NCBI RefSeq assembly: GCF_000143415.4
Contig: NW_003314379.1
Coordinates: 124,001 to 188,000 of the forward strand
Length of the DNA: 64,000 nucleotides
Direction of reading: 5' to 3'
Source of the DNA: Selaginella moellendorffii
Taxonomy: Eukaryota > Plantae > Lycopodiophyta
In this document: positions 1 to 11,613 of the stretch, piece after piece
Layout of the letters: each line of letters opens with the position of its first letter
How positions within the stretch are numbered: position 1 is the stretch's first letter
Program-made: the position numbers and the translations under genes
The notes under the pieces: generated by a model
Told to the model about the DNA's origin: nothing
What the model saw: only the letters and a program-made list of their open reading frames with translations
The model's database searches: none

Positions 1-693
1 AGACAGGGAGAGGCCTCGCGACGTCTGCCTAGGCTCTAAATACGTCTTGGTTAAAGTATGTATGAAGTATGAAGACGAGGGGCCCGGGTGATTTGCAGGC
101 AATCATCATGTGGTGATGCATGCGGTTTGTATGTTTGACGGCCACCTACCTAGTGTACGGCCCCTGCGGTGGCCCCACGTGCCAACCATCTGTTTTTCGC
201 GGCTCTTGCGCACCGCGCGGGAAGGTGTTACTGGGCTGCGCGCAGGATGACCACACGGCTGCCGCCTGGCACAAGCGCACGGCAGCCACGTACGACAGCC
301 TTTCAGGTGCCCACCCGGCCGCCGGCCGGGCTTGGCAGGCCGCGGTCAAACGCGTGGAATCGACGGTTGGGATGCCTGCTGACATGGACAACAAGACTGG
401 TGAAAAGACGGCGGGAGTGGCGGCCGCCGTACGGATGGCCGCCACGCGTCGCCATGCCTGTGAGCCGGCGTTCGTGGCCCAACGCCCGTGCGCCTGTCGG
501 CGACCTGTCGGGGGAGAGGGAGTTTTTTCGATTCGATTTGATTAGGCCCCGCATTTTTTTGCCTTGTGACACATTTTTCTAAATTGTGATTGATGCACAC
601 CCTTACCATTATCCTTTTGTCTATATTTCTCGTCCAATAGAAGCCCGCAAATTGGTAGTGTTTGGCGCAAAACGTTAAAAGTAGCCATGCCTT

Positions 694-2268
694 TCAGTGA
701 GCGATGGAATTTGCGAGCAGCACATACGCGGACCCATGCCTGGAGTCGAGTCCAAGAGCACGACCTGCGACCTCGGCCCCATAACCAGCATAGCCAGATT
801 GTTGGTAGGAACTTAGCAAGCATCTCCACTCGAGCGCATCGGGCTCAAAGGGCATGTTGAGGATGAGATCCCTGGCGTTATCCAGATGCCCGGCACGCGC
901 AAACAAATCGATCATACAGCAAAAATGCCGCTTGTTTGGGACCAAACCAAAGTCCATGGCCATGGAACTGAAGCAGGCAACACCACGCTCCACATTTCCG
1001 CTGTAGCTTCTCGCAATCAAAGCGAGAGCGAAGCAGGACTGGTCGGGGAAAAACTCCGCCTTGATATGATCAAAGGTGTCCAGCGCTTCGAGTGTGTGCC
1101 CGGTTTGAGCATAAGCAGCAAGCATCACGCTCCACGATACCAAGCACCGCTCAGGCATGGATCCGAGAACAGCACTCGCAAGCTCAAGGTGTCCGTTTAG
1201 CGTCAGGGCTGACAAAAGAGTGTCCCAAGTTACTTGGTCCCGAGCGGGCATTTCGTAAAACAAGGCCTTCACTTCCTTGACATGTCCATGTTGAGCATAC
1301 GCTGCAAGCATCGAGTTCCACGACACAAGAGTTCTCTCTGGAATACTATTAAACATCACCTTGGCCTCTTCCACGCGGCCGCCAAGAGCATATCCCGAAA
1401 GCAACGCCTCCATGGACACAACATTCCTTTGTGGCATGCTGTTGAAAATGTCCTCGGCGAGCTCCAAATGCCCGTTTTGGGCATATGCCGAAAGCAAAGC
1501 CGTCCACGCTATGAGATTTCTCTCCGGCATGGCATCAAAGGTATCCCTTGCTTCGCGAACTCGGCCCTGTTGTGCATATGCAACAAGCATTGCAGTTAAC
1601 GAGACGAGGTCTGCCTCTGGCATGTCTTCAAACACGCTCTCACAGCCTTGGATATTTCCTGCTTGCGTGTGGGCGTGAAGGAGAGCCGTCCAGGCCAGCA
1701 GATTCCGCTCGGGCATTCTATCAAACAGCTCTTGGGCTCTTTGAAGATGATGGTGTCCACTCTGGGCATATGCGTCGAGCATCACAGTCAAGGCTATTAG
1801 ATCCAGTTGTGGCATCGAATCAAACATCGCTTTTGCAGCATCAACTTGGCCATCTGATGCAAATTGTGCTGCCACTGTCGTCCACGATATAAGATCGTGT
1901 TCTGGCATTTGATCGAGCAAGCGCTTTGCTATGCAAAAATACCCAGCTGTGGCAAATGCTCTTATGATGGCTGTCCACGACACCAAATCCCACAGCGGCA
2001 TTGAGTCGAACAGAGCTATGGACGCTTCGAGGTCGCCAGATCTGGAGAACGCGCCGAGAAGGAGATTCCAAGATATAAGATTCTTCCAAGGCATCTGCTG
2101 AAAGACGGATCGAGCTTGAAGAGAATGCCCGTTCCTGGCATACACCGAAATCATACAGTTCCATGACACAACGGAGTGGTGTGGCATTGAATCAAACACT
2201 CTCTTTGCTTCGTGGAGATTTCCATTTCGGACATGCTCCGAAAGAACACGGTTCCAGTCCTGGAGCAT
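694..2268 (-). CDS. PLS-class pentatricopeptide repeat protein (tandem 31-aa S/SS-type motifs, C-terminal E-type region, no DYW)
   Basis: Intronless ORF of repeated MP..(D/N)LVSW..(M/L)L.AYAQ.G....A...F units ending HFCCMIDLFARAG...MPFEPDALEWRCLLS...AYVLLAN. First ATG at 2268; the ORF stays open upstream to the MAK16 stop. Confidence 0.9.
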   Translation of the reverse strand: MLQDWNRVLSEHVRNGNLHEAKRVFDSMPHHSVVSWNCMISVYARNGHSLQARSVFQQMPWKNLISWNLLLGAFSRSGDLEASIALFDSMPLWDLVSWTAIIRAFATAGYFCIAKRLLDQMPEHDLISWTTVAAQFASDGQVDAAKAMFDSMPQLDLIALTVMLDAYAQSGHHHLQRAQELFDRMPERNLLAWTALLHAHTQAGNIQGCESVFEDMPEADLVSLTAMLVAYAQQGRVREARDTFDAMPERNLIAWTALLSAYAQNGHLELAEDIFNSMPQRNVVSMEALLSGYALGGRVEEAKVMFNSIPERTLVSWNSMLAAYAQHGHVKEVKALFYEMPARDQVTWDTLLSALTLNGHLELASAVLGSMPERCLVSWSVMLAAYAQTGHTLEALDTFDHIKAEFFPDQSCFALALIARSYSGNVERGVACFSSMAMDFGLVPNKRHFCCMIDLFARAGHLDNARDLILNMPFEPDALEWRCLLSSYQQSGYAGYGAEVAGRALGLDSRHGSAYVLLANSIAH

Positions 2269-2316
2269 TGGATCAAGCACACGATCACCATCGCCGTGAG
2301 AGCAACGACCACGTTT

Positions 2317-3631
2317 CTAGCTAAGAGCCATGACGGGTCTTTGCTGCTGCCCTTCTTCCTCGTACTCGACCTACAAAAAGGAGAGCGCGTGAGAAAATTC
2401 ACCAAGGAAGAAGGAACCACGCACCTCAACTGTTGGCCGCCTCTTCTTCTTTGGAAGAAGAGCAGCCTCTTTACGCTTCCGCCTTCTATCGTCATCGTCA
2501 TCGTCTTCCTCCTCCTCGTCACTGCCATCGCTGTCGTCTTGAGCGTCATCTCCATCGTTCTCGAGCATATTCATCGCTGTGAAGTCTTCGATATCATCCT
2601 CTTCTTCCAGCTCGTCATATCCTTCTACATACTCTGGCACGGGCTCTTCTTCTTCTTCCTGGAAAGAGAAAAGAAACGGAAAAACTTGGCAGTGAGCAAT
2701 GTTTGTCTGGAATGTCAGCTACCTCTTCTTCTTCTTCCTCTTCTAGTTGCGTGTCATCGAGAACTTTGTTGTAGAGCTCGGTTGGGAAATTGTATATGTC
2801 ACCGTAAGTACCACTTTGAAGCCTCTGGAGCAGTTCTTTCTCGATCGCCTGAAACAACGAGTGTTGTTCTAAGACATGGAAAGAAAACCAATGATCTCGT
2901 TGCAATTACCCTGTCAAGAACAGCCGCAACTTCAGCTTTGGCCTCCCTACGGGCCTCCCTCTTGACTTGCTTTGCAGGCATCGTCACAAGCTTTTCACTG
3001 CAGTGAAAGAGCGCACGAAAAATCCGTAAGAGAAGAGATTGAGGAAACAACTATACGAACTTGTTTTTCAAGGCGAGCCTGCGCATTCGGATCAAATACT
3101 GTGTCATTTTTGTGAGACGCTGCTTGTTTTTGTGTACCAAAAACTTCGGCCAATGTTGCTACAAGGAAAAACCATAGATTGAACCATGAGCAGAGTGCTA
3201 AAATCCATCTAAAACATACCAAATGCTTGTCAACGAGCTCCAGAGCTTTCGCATAGTTCTTCGGAAGCTTCAACCTTTCCCACAGCTTATTTGGAGTGTG
3301 TGCTCTCTCTATACTTTTCATATAGAGATACAAAACCCCTGAGAAAAAACGAAAGAAAATAACTTGTTTTGAGAAGAAAGAAGAAAGAGCTTGCTTGCCT
3401 TCGTGCTCCCTGATTGTGGCATATCGACTGTTGGCAAGAGGACAGGAGCTGCGATTGCAAAGCCCCGTGACATTGTATTGATTCCGACAGAAACTCTGCG
3501 TCTGGGTCCTGCATTTCCGATCGATCGCAATTGAGAGAGAGATCCACCAGCGGCAATCGAGTCGCTTACTTGGCCCGGAAGCTACACTGGTTGTGATTGA
3601 TCACCTGCCATATCACCTCGTCGTGCTGCAT
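2317..3631 (-). CDS. MAK16: Ribosome biogenesis protein MAK16 homologue (multi-exon)
   Basis: Exons give [71 protein letters not shown], an acidic tail and [23 protein letters not shown]. Confidence 0.92.
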
Positions 3632-3645
3632 CCTCGCTTCGCCTT

Positions 3646-3678
3646 AAACCCTAACCCGCCAGGGCGAGTTTAGGGTTT
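3646..3678. promoter_or_regulatory. Inverted pair of telo-boxes (AAACCCTAA ... TTAGGGTTT) in the 220-bp divergent MAK16/CBR intergenic region
   Basis: Both motifs are visible 15-47 bp upstream of the MAK16 ATG. Telo-boxes are typical of plant translation and ribosome-biogenesis promoters. Confidence 0.55.
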
Positions 3679-3851
3679 GTGCCGTACATATATGACCATG
3701 GGATGGATGGTACGGACGATCGGCTGAATGGTAGGCAAATCACGTGGGAAAATGGTCGGTAAGGTTTCCTGGCCGTCCGATTTGATCGACTGTGGAGAAG
3801 AAGAAGAACACACCCTTTCTGTGGGAGAGAGGACGAAGCGCGAGGAGGGAG

Positions 3852-5267
3852 ATGGGGAGCGCGGAGCTCGAGACGCCAATCTTTCCACTCAGCGCCTTCA
3901 ATGTCAGCGTTGTCGTCGCCCTCCTCTCCATCGTCGCCGGCGCCTTGTTCTTGTTGATTTCCAGCCGCCGCTCCAAGAGTGAGTGATTCTTCCTCGGATT
4001 TCTTCACAGATCCGATGCGCAAGGCATTCTTGTCTCGAATCTGTGCGCGCTCGCGAGTTTAGGTCTGATCGAGGATTTTTCTTCCAGGGGCTTTGGATCC
4101 CGAGAAATGGATCGATTTCAAGCTGGTCAAGAGGGTCCAAGTTAGCCCCAACGTTACCAAGTTTCGATTTGCATTGCAGACTCCAACCACGATTTTGGGA
4201 CTTCCAATCGGCCAGCATATGATGTGCCGGTAAGAAAAATTCCATCCCTTCGCGATCCTTGCTCACGCATTGTGTTTTTCTTTGCTCGCTAGTGGTAAAG
4301 ACCGAGATGGAGCTGATGTGATCAAGCCTTACACACCGACAACGCTGGATTCGGATGTTGGTTACTTCGAACTCGTTGTCAAGGTGTGTTTCTCCTCACC
4401 AAACGAGCGAACGTTCCATGTCTCAAAAGAAACTTCTTGCAGATTTATTCTCTAGGACGAATGTCTTACCATTTTAGCGAGCTCAAAGAGGGTGACTACT
4501 TATCGTGCAAAGGACCCAAGGTGAAGTGAATTCCTTCCATAGCTTCCTTCTCAACAACAGGAATTTTGCAAACAGGGCCGCTTCACTTACAAGCCAAACA
4601 AATTCAGAGCTTTTGGTATGCTTGCTGGTGGTTCCGGCCTGACTCCAATGTACCAGGCAAGCCCTCACGTTTTCTAGCCTCAGATACGAGCATGAAATCA
4701 TGTTTCTACATTTCAGGTGACTCGGGCCATTTTGGAGAACCCGGCTGACAAAACAAAGATCTTCCTCATCTATGGGAACGTGACATATGACGATATATTG
4801 CTCAAGGTGAGGTGCTTTTGTGCTTTCTTTCATCGCGCGCGGTCTTGTCACTCTTGTCTTTTTTACAGGAAGAGCTCGACAGCATGGTAAAGAAATTCCC
4901 GGGCCGCTTTGGAGTGTACTACGTACTAAATGACGTGAGTTTCTCAGCTCCACACATCGCAAAATCTCTTTTTTCTCAGCTTAAGTGCAACTAACTTGTT
5001 CTTACTTTCTCTCGGTCCAGCCTCCGGCAGATTGGAGTGGTGGCGCAGGCTTTGTAACAGCGGACATGATCAAGACGTACTGCCCAGCTCCTGCCGATGA
5101 TATCCAGGTACGTAGCACGAGAAGAATTCAAACGCTAGAAGCGATGACGAACTCTATTTTCTTTCAACAAACAGATTTTGAGGTGTGGACCTCCTCCGAT
5201 GAACAAAGCGATGGCCACACACTTGGATGCGCTCGGCTACTCTAAGGAGATGCAATTCCAATTCTGA
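3852..5267 (+). CDS. CBR1: NADH-cytochrome b5 reductase (multi-exon)
   Basis: N-terminal TM anchor, [61 protein letters not shown], ending EMQFQF*. Confidence 0.92.
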
Positions 5268-5388
5268 AAAGGGACCAAGAGCACCTCTAATGATAAACAA
5301 AAACCATTTTTTTTGTGCTTCTCTCTCTCCCTTTCTCTCTCGATTAATAGGGCTATACACGAGAATGCAAAACCCAGAGCTTGGGTTT

Positions 5389-7554
5389 ATGGCGGCTTCC
5401 TCGCTCGCAACGCTGGCGAGGCCAAACGGTCTTGTAAGTAGAACAAATCTTAGTTTTGTGGATCCTGGAAGGGACTACCTAGGTGCTAGCCTGTGGTGCA
5501 AACAAAGAGGAGCTAGAAAATCCTTGCTAGTGTGCGCGGATGCCAAGAAGATCGCGATTGGCGAGCAATCTCGACTGGCTCTACAAGCCGGGATTGACAA
5601 ACTGGTGGACGCGGTTGGTGTCACACTGGGACCTCGAGGTTTGCTTTCTCTGTTGGAAGAGAACTTTTTTTTCATGTGGTTTTTCTACAGGGAGAAACGT
5701 TGTTCTCGATGAGAAGGACAAGGATATACCCAAAGTCATCAACGATGGAGTAACAATCGCAAAGATGATAGAACTTCTAGACCCAATGGAAAATGTTGGA
5801 GCTTCACTCATCAAAGAGGTCTGGCTTCTCTCTCTTCGTTTCTTCTAAACTTCTGCGAATCAATAGGTGACCATGAAAACGAACGATTCCGCGGGCGATG
5901 GCACTACCACGGCAGCTGTTGTGGCAAGGGAACTTGTCAAGCTCGGCCTCTTAAGTGTATCTTCCGGTGCCAATCCTGTTGCTTTAAAACGAGGAATCGA
6001 TAAGACGGTCTCGATGTTGGTAGAGGAATTAACACGAAGATCGCGGCCAGTCAAAGGCCACAACGATATCAAAGGTATGCTCGGTGGTGTTTTCTAAAAC
6101 TCGTTGCTTACTTTGCTCGTTCCTCAGCAATCGCGACGATCTCTGCTGGTAACGACGATGCTGTCGGGAAAATGATAGCGGACGCTTTGGACAGAATTGG
6201 TCCGGATGGGATCCTTTTGATCGAATCGTCGTCAACTTTGGAAACTTTTCTCGTGATCGAGGAGGGAATGCAGGTATATGTTTCGTACGTGTTTCTCTTG
6301 TTTGCGTTCTTTGCTGAGACGACTTAGCACATAACAGTAGTTTGACAGGGGCTACATCTCCACAAGCTTTGTAAACAATCAATCCAAGTCGACCGTGGAG
6401 CTTGAAAACGCGCGCGTCCTGGTGACAAACCAGAGAGTTTCATCAGCCAAGGACGTAATTCCAGCTCTGGAGAAAGTCACACACCTGGGCACTCCATTGC
6501 TCGTTATAGCCGAAGACGTAACAGGAGAAGCACTATCCATGCTCGTTGTCAACAAGATGAGGGGCATTGCGCAAGTTGCTGCTGTCAAAGCTCCAGGCTA
6601 TGGTGATAGGAAGAAGGCCCTTCTGCAAGACATTGCAATCTTCACAGGTTTGTTGCTCTTCCATTTTCTAGGAGGCCCTTGACGTTTCTTTCTTTTGTAG
6701 GTGCCGAGTTTCTGGCTGGTGAGCTAGGATTGCAACTTGAAGACTTGACGATCGATCAGCTTGGTGTTGCAAAGAAAGTTACAATCAAAGAGAAGTCGAC
6801 GGTCATTCTGGCTGATGATGCTACCAAGGGAGAGATCAAGGCAAGAGTTGCTGAGATCAAGAAAGACTTGGAGCTGTCAGACTCCGCATATCATTCCGAG
6901 AAGCTAGCAGAGAGAATCGCAAAGCTCTCTGGTGGAGTGGCTGTTATCAAGGTTTGTAGCAACACATATCTCTCGAGAACACGCTCAAAGTCTTAGAAGC
7001 TGTCTTTTTACAGGTTGGAGCTGCGACGGAGGCGGAAGCCGAAGATCGAAAGCTCCGGCTTGAAGACGCAAAGAACTCCACTTTCGCTGCTGTCAAAGAG
7101 GGAATTGTTCCGGGCGGAGGAGCGGCCATGGTTCACTTGTCAGCGGCTGTTCCAGGCATCAAGGAGAGTCTAAGCGATCCTCAAGAGAAGCTCGGTGCTG
7201 ATATCGTGCAAAAGGTATGGCAACCTTCGCTGGTGGCTTGGTTTTCACTCTCTTTTCCAGGCACTTTTAGCTCCGGCAGCTTTGATTGCCAGCAACGCGG
7301 GCGTGGAGGGACAGATGGTGGTGTCAAAAATCCTCGAGAGCGAGTGGGAGTTTGGCTACAACGCGATGACGGATAAGTTTGAAAACTTGGTTTTGGGCGG
7401 AGTGGTGGATCCGGCAAAGGTGACGAGGTGCGCTCTCCAGAATGCGGCGTCTGTGGCGGGCATGGTGTTGACAACCGAGGCCATCGCCGTGGACAAAGTG
7501 AGAAAGCCAAAGCCCAAAGTCCCTCCCGTCCCAGGAGTAACGGACCAGCTATAA
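5389..7554 (+). CDS. CPN60A: Plastid chaperonin 60 alpha subunit (multi-exon)
   Basis: Transit-like N-terminus, [94 protein letters not shown]. Confidence 0.92.
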
Positions 7555-7746
7555 TACTTTGTTCCAAGACAATTTAGAATTCGCTCACGAAGCATAGTTT
7601 ATTGTGTTGACTTAATGTATACAATAGCTGGAAAAATTTGCTGTGGTGAGATCGCTGGCCTATTGATCTTGGCCTTTTGCGGTTGATCTGCAATATAAAT
7701 TACAAATGCAGGCTCCTCGGCTGTAGAGAGGTAGCAGTAGTTGAAA

Positions 7747-8258
7747 ATGTTCAAGTCTAGTTTGATCTTGACAGTATTGGCTGTGGTGATCTCTGTAAGT
7801 TATCCTGGTTGTTTAGTTTCATTCATCCTGTTTACGTTTTGCAGGCATCCGGATCATCTGATGGTAGTCCTGGATACAGCCATGAAGATCACGGTCATCA
7901 CGGTGTAGCTACGGAATTTTGCACTGGTAGTTTCTTGGATACGTGCAGTCTGAGCTCTTACGACCAGAAAGCCGGAGTCCTCGCCGCGAGATGCACCAAA
8001 ATAGATGGCACGAAACAAAACACGACACTCAACGTCAAGTCTTGCCCTTTGCACGTCCGGAGCTGTACGTTTGATTCGAGTTGCGGGAACTTCAGCTGCA
8101 AGCGTCGGGACGGTCGGGCAGTAGATGTGACCAAGCTTGCCACAAATATCAATGGCAGGCTGATTTGCTGTGCTCGTCCTCAAGCGCAAGCTCCCATCTC
8201 GCCTCCGGCCCCGGCGCCAGCTCCTTCCGCTAAGAAGCATAAAAGAATTCCATATTGA
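7747..8258 (+). CDS. Secreted cyanovirin-N homologue (CVNH)-like lectin with Ala-Pro tail; exons 7747-7794 and 7845-8258
   Basis: Signal peptide MFKSSLILTVLAVVIS-A; GSFLDTC...GVLAARCTKIDG..NTTLNV and LATNINGRL match the cyanovirin-N F..TC/L.A.C..dG/N.dG.L pattern; phase-0 GT-AG intron. Confidence 0.7.
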
Positions 8259-8582
8259 TACTAAAGAGAGAGAAACCAAATGTTTTCCTAAAGTTCTAAA
8301 GAAAAATAATGTTTTTTGGGTTTTATCTTTGGGGGCCAGCTATGGTGTTGTGTACTTGATGCTATCCTCTAAACCATGGTAAAGTTGGGCATAGAAACTT
8401 AGCCTCAAGAACCACACAGTCCGCTAGAGCCGTTGAGGGTCGATTTGGAGGTACCCGATACAAACACTAGCTCTCCCCTGAGAAATGGTTTTATGGTAGA
8501 TTCTAGCTTAGGTTAGTTTCCATTTTGTGTTGCGATGGTCTCTGTCTTCTCAGTTTAATCAAGAGTTTAGAAAGATCACAAC

Positions 8583-9107
8583 CTACTCGATGCTATCATA
8601 CCTCCTGTAGAGGATGGTGTAGATTGGATCGTGGACAGAAATCTTAAAGAGCTGGATGCTCACGTAGTATGCAGCAGTGACACTGGAAAGAGCTTACATT
8701 TTAGAATCTTGTGGAGTTGAAGAGAAAAGCTAAGAAATGTAAATACCTTCCAAAGCAAACCAGGAGAACTATCCAAATAATTCTGCTCGCGACACTGTCT
8801 TCTTTGTACCAAACCCAGCACTGCACGAAACACAGTTAATCCACTGCAATTAAAAGAAGCTAGAATCTCCTCTCTCACGCCAAAAATGAAGACTAGAATG
8901 TAGAAATCCAGCAAGGTCTCCTTCATCCACCTGAGAAACCAAAAGCCGAATCAAATGGAACGAATCCGAGATCCAATTCACTCACGCTGTGAGGAGCTCC
9001 ATCCTGAACGGCGATCCATCCGTGACGCAAGTATAAGCAATCGTCGCGGCCAAAATCGTGCCCAGTGCGATGAATCCCACCCTCGCCAGAACCACGCCTC
9101 CCGCCAT
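8583..9107 (-). CDS. Small membrane protein, DUF1475-like (multi-exon)
   Basis: Exons give MAGGVVLARVGFIALGTILAATIAYTCVTDGSPFRMELLT, WMKETLLDFYILV, YKEDSVASRIIWIVLLVCFG and IQLFKISVHDPIYTILY. The 3' end is approximate. Confidence 0.62.
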
Positions 9108-10083
9108 TGACGAAAAATGCTTGCGGCCCTCAACAGCCCACGTATATGCAATACAAAACGATCCTCGAATATGCCCTACAAGCTTTTGTGACTGATCGAC
9201 TGCTCCATAGAAGACGAGGCTTCCCGGAGGCCACTCATGTCTGCTTGAGAATGGTCGCCACTGCCAGATGCCTCAATTGCAGGGGGTATGCTTGTTCTTC
9301 GTCAAGATTTGAAAAATCTTTCCAAGAGCTTACGTTCCTGGCTCGAGGGGCGGCTCGAGCCTGGCCGTCAATGACCAAGCTCGCGCTCTAGTACTGCTTG
9401 AAAGTCAATGCTGGCTTGGCATAGAGATGGCAAGATGGAGACCGCGACTTTGACAGATCAGTCAACAATCGCCACCAAGGTTGATCCAGGTCCTGGCGCC
9501 CTGGATTGGAGGCCATGGCGCACTCGATGTACGTCGACGATACCGTGCTCAGTTTGTACGTTTGCTTCGTGAAAAAGAGAAAGAAGTTAACAAGACCGGC
9601 GTTGTCCTCGCTCCGAGTCCTGTCCATGTTGGGTAAAACAGCACCTCGGCTTGGTCAGTCCACAGGGACGCACTTACACATCAGCTGCTAGCGACTTGAG
9701 AGCACAATATGCATCTTTATGTGCCCACTGTGAAGTAGAGTGCTCGTTATCGCCAGCACCACCTTTACATGGTGGCACCGCAATGGATAATTAGAATCCC
9801 CGGGCGATCTCTTCCTTTGGGAATTCTCGACACTTGTTTTGGAATCCTGGAATGCCGTATAGAAGCGTCCCATTGGCAGGCCGGAGGATTGCTGTCTCAG
9901 CAACGGATTAAACGTGGGGAAAACCATGTCCAGCCCTGGCGAAACTCTAAACCTAACAGACAAAGTGGGCCTTCCCAAGAATGAGCACGAGCGAGAAGAA
10001 TAAGTAGTAGCTTGTTCCAAGCATTATAAAAAAGTGTCGAGCACCTTGATAAGGCCAAGGTGGAGCAGCATTTAGAAAAGGAA

Positions 10084-11613
10084 ATGGCGAGCTTCCTCAG
10101 CGATCGATCCACCACCTTGAGCAGCAGCGGCGTTGGAGCAAGAGGATGCTGGATCGCCTCCAAGTCAAGGCCTGCCACGAATTTCAGGTACCAGCTCCAT
10201 AGCTCTGCGTGGAAGGCCACTGCATTATCGCCCACCAAGAGGATCCAGCGCGAAATCCCTGGCAGCTATGGCCTCCCTCTGCTCGGATCCATCTCCGACC
10301 GCTTCAACTATTTCTACTTCCAAGGCACCGAGGAGTTCTTCCGGAGCCGAGCTGAGAAGTACCAGAGCACAGTGTTTCGCGTCAACATGCCCCCGGGGCC
10401 GCCATTCTTCCCAGATCCCCGGGTGATCGTGCTGCTGGACCAGCAGAGCTTCCCAGCTCTCTTCGATGTCTCCAAGGTGAGCAAGCGCGATGTCTTCACC
10501 GGAACTTACAAGCCCAGCGCCGATTTCAATGGTGGCTATCGCATCCTCTCCTATCTCGACGCGGATGAGCCCCGCCACGCCCAGATCAAGGCCTTTTGCT
10601 TCGACATGCTCAAATCCAGGGCCAAGAGCATCGTCCCCGGGATGGATTTCGCGGCGTGCCGCTGCTTCGATCGCTGGGAGAAGGAACTGCGAGCCAAGCA
10701 AGCCCCTGAGCTCGTTTCCTCGATCGAGGAGATCTGCCTGGCGTTCCTGACGAGAGCCCTCATGGATCACGATGCCACTGGAGCATCCGGTCTGAGCACC
10801 GAAACTATCAAGAAATGGCTCGCTCCACAGATTGCTCCAGTCGCCCTTCTCGACGCCATTCCTCCGCCCATCATGGAGCTCCTCCACGTCTTCCCTCTCC
10901 CCTTCGCTGTCGTCAAGAAAGACTACGAAGCCATCGTCTCCTACTTCTCGGCCCACAGTACCGCGCTGCTCGACCTGGCCGCGACGCACGGCGTACCGCG
11001 CGACGAGGCACTCCATAACCTCATCTTCATGGTCTGCTTCAACACTTTTGGCGGGCTGATCCGCTTGCTGCCGGAGGTAGTCCAGCGCGTCCACGAGAGC
11101 GGCGTCGCCAAGGAGCTCAGCAATGAGGTGGCGGCAGCGGTACGCGACGCCGGCGGGCGGCTTACCGCGCGGTCCATTGACGGCATGCCGCTGCTCCACT
11201 CGGTGGTGTACGAGTGCCTGCGCTTCCAGCCGCCGGTACCGTTCCAGTATGCCCGCGCGCGCCAGGATATGGTGATCGAGAGCCACAAGGAGGCGTTTCG
11301 CGTGAAGAAGGGCGAGATGCTGTGTGGATTCCAGCCATTTGCGACGAGAGATGGAGTGGTGTTTGATCGACCCAACGAGTTCTTGCCGCGGCGATTCATG
11401 GGCGACGATGGAGCAAAGCTTCTCAAGTACGTGCTGTGGTCCAATGGCCCCCAGACCGAGAACCCCAGCGTGGATAACAAGCACTGCGCCGGGAAGGACT
11501 TCATCGTCTTGGTCACTCGCCTCTTCCTCGCCGAGTTCTTCCTCAGGTATGAATCGTTCCAGCTCGACGGCCAATCCATCAAATCGCTCTCGCGCCGATC
11601 GCCATCGACGTGA
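10084..11613 (+). CDS. CYP74 fatty-acid hydroperoxide-metabolising P450 (allene oxide synthase-like), intronless
   Basis: REIPGSYGLP, STVFRVNMPPGP, DVFTGTY, I-helix HNLIFMVCFNTFGG, YECLRFQPPVP, WSNGPQTENPSVDNKHCAGKD (CYP74 heme loop). Confidence 0.95.
   Translation: MASFLSDRSTTLSSSGVGARGCWIASKSRPATNFRYQLHSSAWKATALSPTKRIQREIPGSYGLPLLGSISDRFNYFYFQGTEEFFRSRAEKYQSTVFRVNMPPGPPFFPDPRVIVLLDQQSFPALFDVSKVSKRDVFTGTYKPSADFNGGYRILSYLDADEPRHAQIKAFCFDMLKSRAKSIVPGMDFAACRCFDRWEKELRAKQAPELVSSIEEICLAFLTRALMDHDATGASGLSTETIKKWLAPQIAPVALLDAIPPPIMELLHVFPLPFAVVKKDYEAIVSYFSAHSTALLDLAATHGVPRDEALHNLIFMVCFNTFGGLIRLLPEVVQRVHESGVAKELSNEVAAAVRDAGGRLTARSIDGMPLLHSVVYECLRFQPPVPFQYARARQDMVIESHKEAFRVKKGEMLCGFQPFATRDGVVFDRPNEFLPRRFMGDDGAKLLKYVLWSNGPQTENPSVDNKHCAGKDFIVLVTRLFLAEFFLRYESFQLDGQSIKSLSRRSPST

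Noticed and set aside
1-690. GC-rich stretch with short overlapping ORFs
   Set aside because: No recognisable protein, termini or TSD; possibly a repeat cut by the window edge.
2212-3006. 264-aa hydrophobic + strand ORF
   Set aside because: Antisense reading of the acidic MAK16 tail and its introns.
9150-10050. Coding-like sequence between the DUF1475-like gene and CYP74 (similarly 20400-21150 and 59400-60550)
   Set aside because: May be pseudogene debris, but I cannot assign a family or a consistent frame.
10225-11574. 449-aa antisense ORF over CYP74, plus similar ORFs over PP7, the P450 and COBRA
   Set aside because: Shadow frames produced by GC-rich codon usage of the sense gene; no recognisable motifs.
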